From Haliotis cracherodii (taxonomy: Eukaryota), in NCBI RefSeq assembly GCF_022045235.1, contig NW_027266341.1, positions 58,962,001 to 59,026,000 of the forward strand: a stretch of 64,000 nucleotides of DNA, written 5' to 3'. The notes under the pieces are model-generated. The model was not told the DNA's origin. It was given only the letters and a program-made list of their open reading frames with translations, and did no database searches. This document shows positions 61,865 through 64,000 of this stretch, piece by piece (positions within the stretch are counted from its first letter, which is position 1; each line of letters starts with the position of its first letter). A program made the position numbers and the translations under genes.

Positions 61865-63535
61865 ATGGGGACTTATGTTCAGCAGCATCTGCATAATTTA
61901 AGTTATGAGCAAAGCTGAATCTGTCATCAACGTTGCCAGAAGTGTTTATGATATTGATTATTTTTGTTTCATTACTTGAATATTTTGTGAATTTAATCAA
62001 TAAATGTTGAATTAAAATGTGTAAAAAAGGAAGCAAATCTTGACCCGAACCTATTTTCTCAGCACATTTGAGATGAAGAAAATACAAACATATGGGACAT
62101 GTCTGATGAAATATTTCAACGTTTTCTGAGACTTAAAATGTGACATTTCCCTTTGGCCAAAATGTCCCGTCCTTTTCTGATTGACATGGGCACCTACCTT
62201 CAAGAATTAGTATACACGGGAGTTTCCTATAGCTACCCGGTAGGAAGGAGTTCCAAATTAACAGGGGCCGGAATTACGAAGATCCGCTGTACAAGTTTTG
62301 CCTATGCAAACAGAAACGATTTGAAGCGGCAGTAAAATATATTCAGGTGTTCGCATTACCTCGTGTTCAATGTTATATATGTAGAGAGAGGATGGGTTAC
62401 AGCTATATTAACATTGTCGGTGTGAAAACTGTCGGCGTATCTTTGTCTTTATCTTTCAATTTTGCTTAATGAATCACATTTCGCATGGAACGCACGTGCG
62501 GCACGCACTTCTAGGACGCGTACTCGAAGTAGAGTATGTAGAGGTTTGTATACAAGAACATAACACGCATTGCCTTACCGTTGACCAGTGCTTTTCCTGT
62601 TGACTGCAGAATGGCATTGCAAAGTGACACCACTCGGATGTTCAGGGAAGAAATAAGGGTATTGTTGTGATTGTTATAAGTTTAATATGAGATTTCTTAT
62701 CTGTTTTGCATTCTTCAACTTAAACAATAGTATGGGCTCAAGATATTTCGTTGAGTTTTTCATCATAGCTGTGATGTTAGTTGTACCTGAGGTGTTGTTT
62801 TGGTGTTATTATTATCCACAACAGATTATTTGGCACGATTATTTTTTGTATGCTATATATTCTTTCCAAATTCTCAACCTGTGCTCTCGCTTTGATATGG
62901 GGTGTCATGTGATCTAAGGCTGTCTTAGCCCTTTCTGAACCCATTCCCCGTTTCTCCTGATAATGATTCTTGGTTTGTCGGCACCATTCCCGTTCTCGAA
63001 TGTACTGATTTCTACAACCATTGCCACTGTGGTCTTTCTAGCCAAGTGGATAAAGCGTTCGCTCGTCACGCCGAAAGCGGGTTTCGATTCCCCGCTTGGG
63101 TACAATGCGTGAAGTCGTTTCCCGTCGTAATAGTGATTGAATATTACTAACGGCGGCGTAAAAACATACTCACTTTCTTCTCACATGAAGCTGACACGCC
63201 ATGACTTGAAATACTGTTCAAAGCGGCGTTAAAATCATTCGCTCACTCACTACGTTTTGCTATGCAGTGTAGGTTTTGAGTTGAATCTGCCGAGGGTGAT
63301 CATGTACAAATTGCCATTACTACCAAGAAGGGTCTTGGTAATGGGTTCATTTAAGACAAAGTAGCTTTAAGAAATGATTTTTACTCAAACCACTTGTTGT
63401 TGATGCACTGAATGACGAGACAGTCCAAATAACTGCTCCCGATTGTATTGATATTGTACTTATTGTAATTTTTATTTACATTTAGGTTTGAAATAAAAAG
63501 ACAATATTATTATATGTCTCATTTGTGTCTTAGCT

Positions 63536-63800
63536 TTGTTTGTTGTTTTACGCCGCACTCAGCAATATTCCAGCTATAATAAATTATGACGGCGGTCTGT
63601 AAATAATCGATTCTTGACCAGACAATCCAGTGATTGATATCATGAGCATCGATCCACGCAAATGGGATCGATGACATGCATCAACCAAGTCAGCGAGCCT
63701 GACCACCCGATCCCATTAGTCGCCTTTTATGACAAGCATAGTCGGCTGTTACGGCACGCATTGGTTGCTGAAGATTTATTCTACCCCGGATCTTCACGGG
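63536..63800 (-). mobile_element. Full-length SINE-like family B
   Basis: Perfect 10-bp TSD TGTCTTAGCT; duplicated hairpin module. Confidence 0.85.
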
Positions 63801-64000
63801 TGTCTTAGCTAACAAAAGAGGGGAATCTTCTCTCTTCCCAAAGAATGAACCCTATCCTGATGTTTAACAATATTTTTTATGAAGGTTAATTTCGCTTCTT
63901 TTTCCATTCTATATGAAAGCGCGTGTTTTATGAAACCAATGCACATGGCAATTTTAACAATTTATGTCAATGAAGATAATGTGTTTAAAAAGTTGCTTAA

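Overview
Eukaryotic, intron-rich, repeat-dense invertebrate DNA. The SINE/MITE landscape suggests a gastropod mollusc, plausibly abalone (inference only). I could assemble three protein-coding genes by hand from splice signals and phase continuity. (1) A 3-exon + strand gene (CDS 2024-8641) encodes a ~700-aa Ser/Thr-rich, largely disordered protein I do not recognise; it has a TATA/Inr/CArG promoter. (2) MRPL28 lies on the - strand (5 coding exons, 26337 to 17271). Its conserved final exon is not in the window, so gene (1) is probably nested antisense in its last intron. (3) A complete 13-exon CYP3-clan (CYP3A-like) P450 lies on the + strand (40169-57714, 513 aa). Introns and intergenic DNA hold a near-intact DD34E Tc1 element, a decayed mariner, at least five SINE-like families, hAT/PIF/pogo-type MITEs, two MITEs with RecQ-like helicase remnants (AcademH-like), minisatellites and microsatellites. 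The most unusual signals are: the nested orphan gene in a TE-poor, CpG-depleted domain; a non-tRNA SINE-like family with a discrete 5' end that folds into a multi-helix, pseudoknot-capable RNA (ribozyme-like candidate); and tandem repeats that multiply CYP splice sites (20 copies of a donor leading into a stop codon, and 3 in-frame copies of an acceptor). All coordinates were counted manually and may be off by a few bases for repeats.
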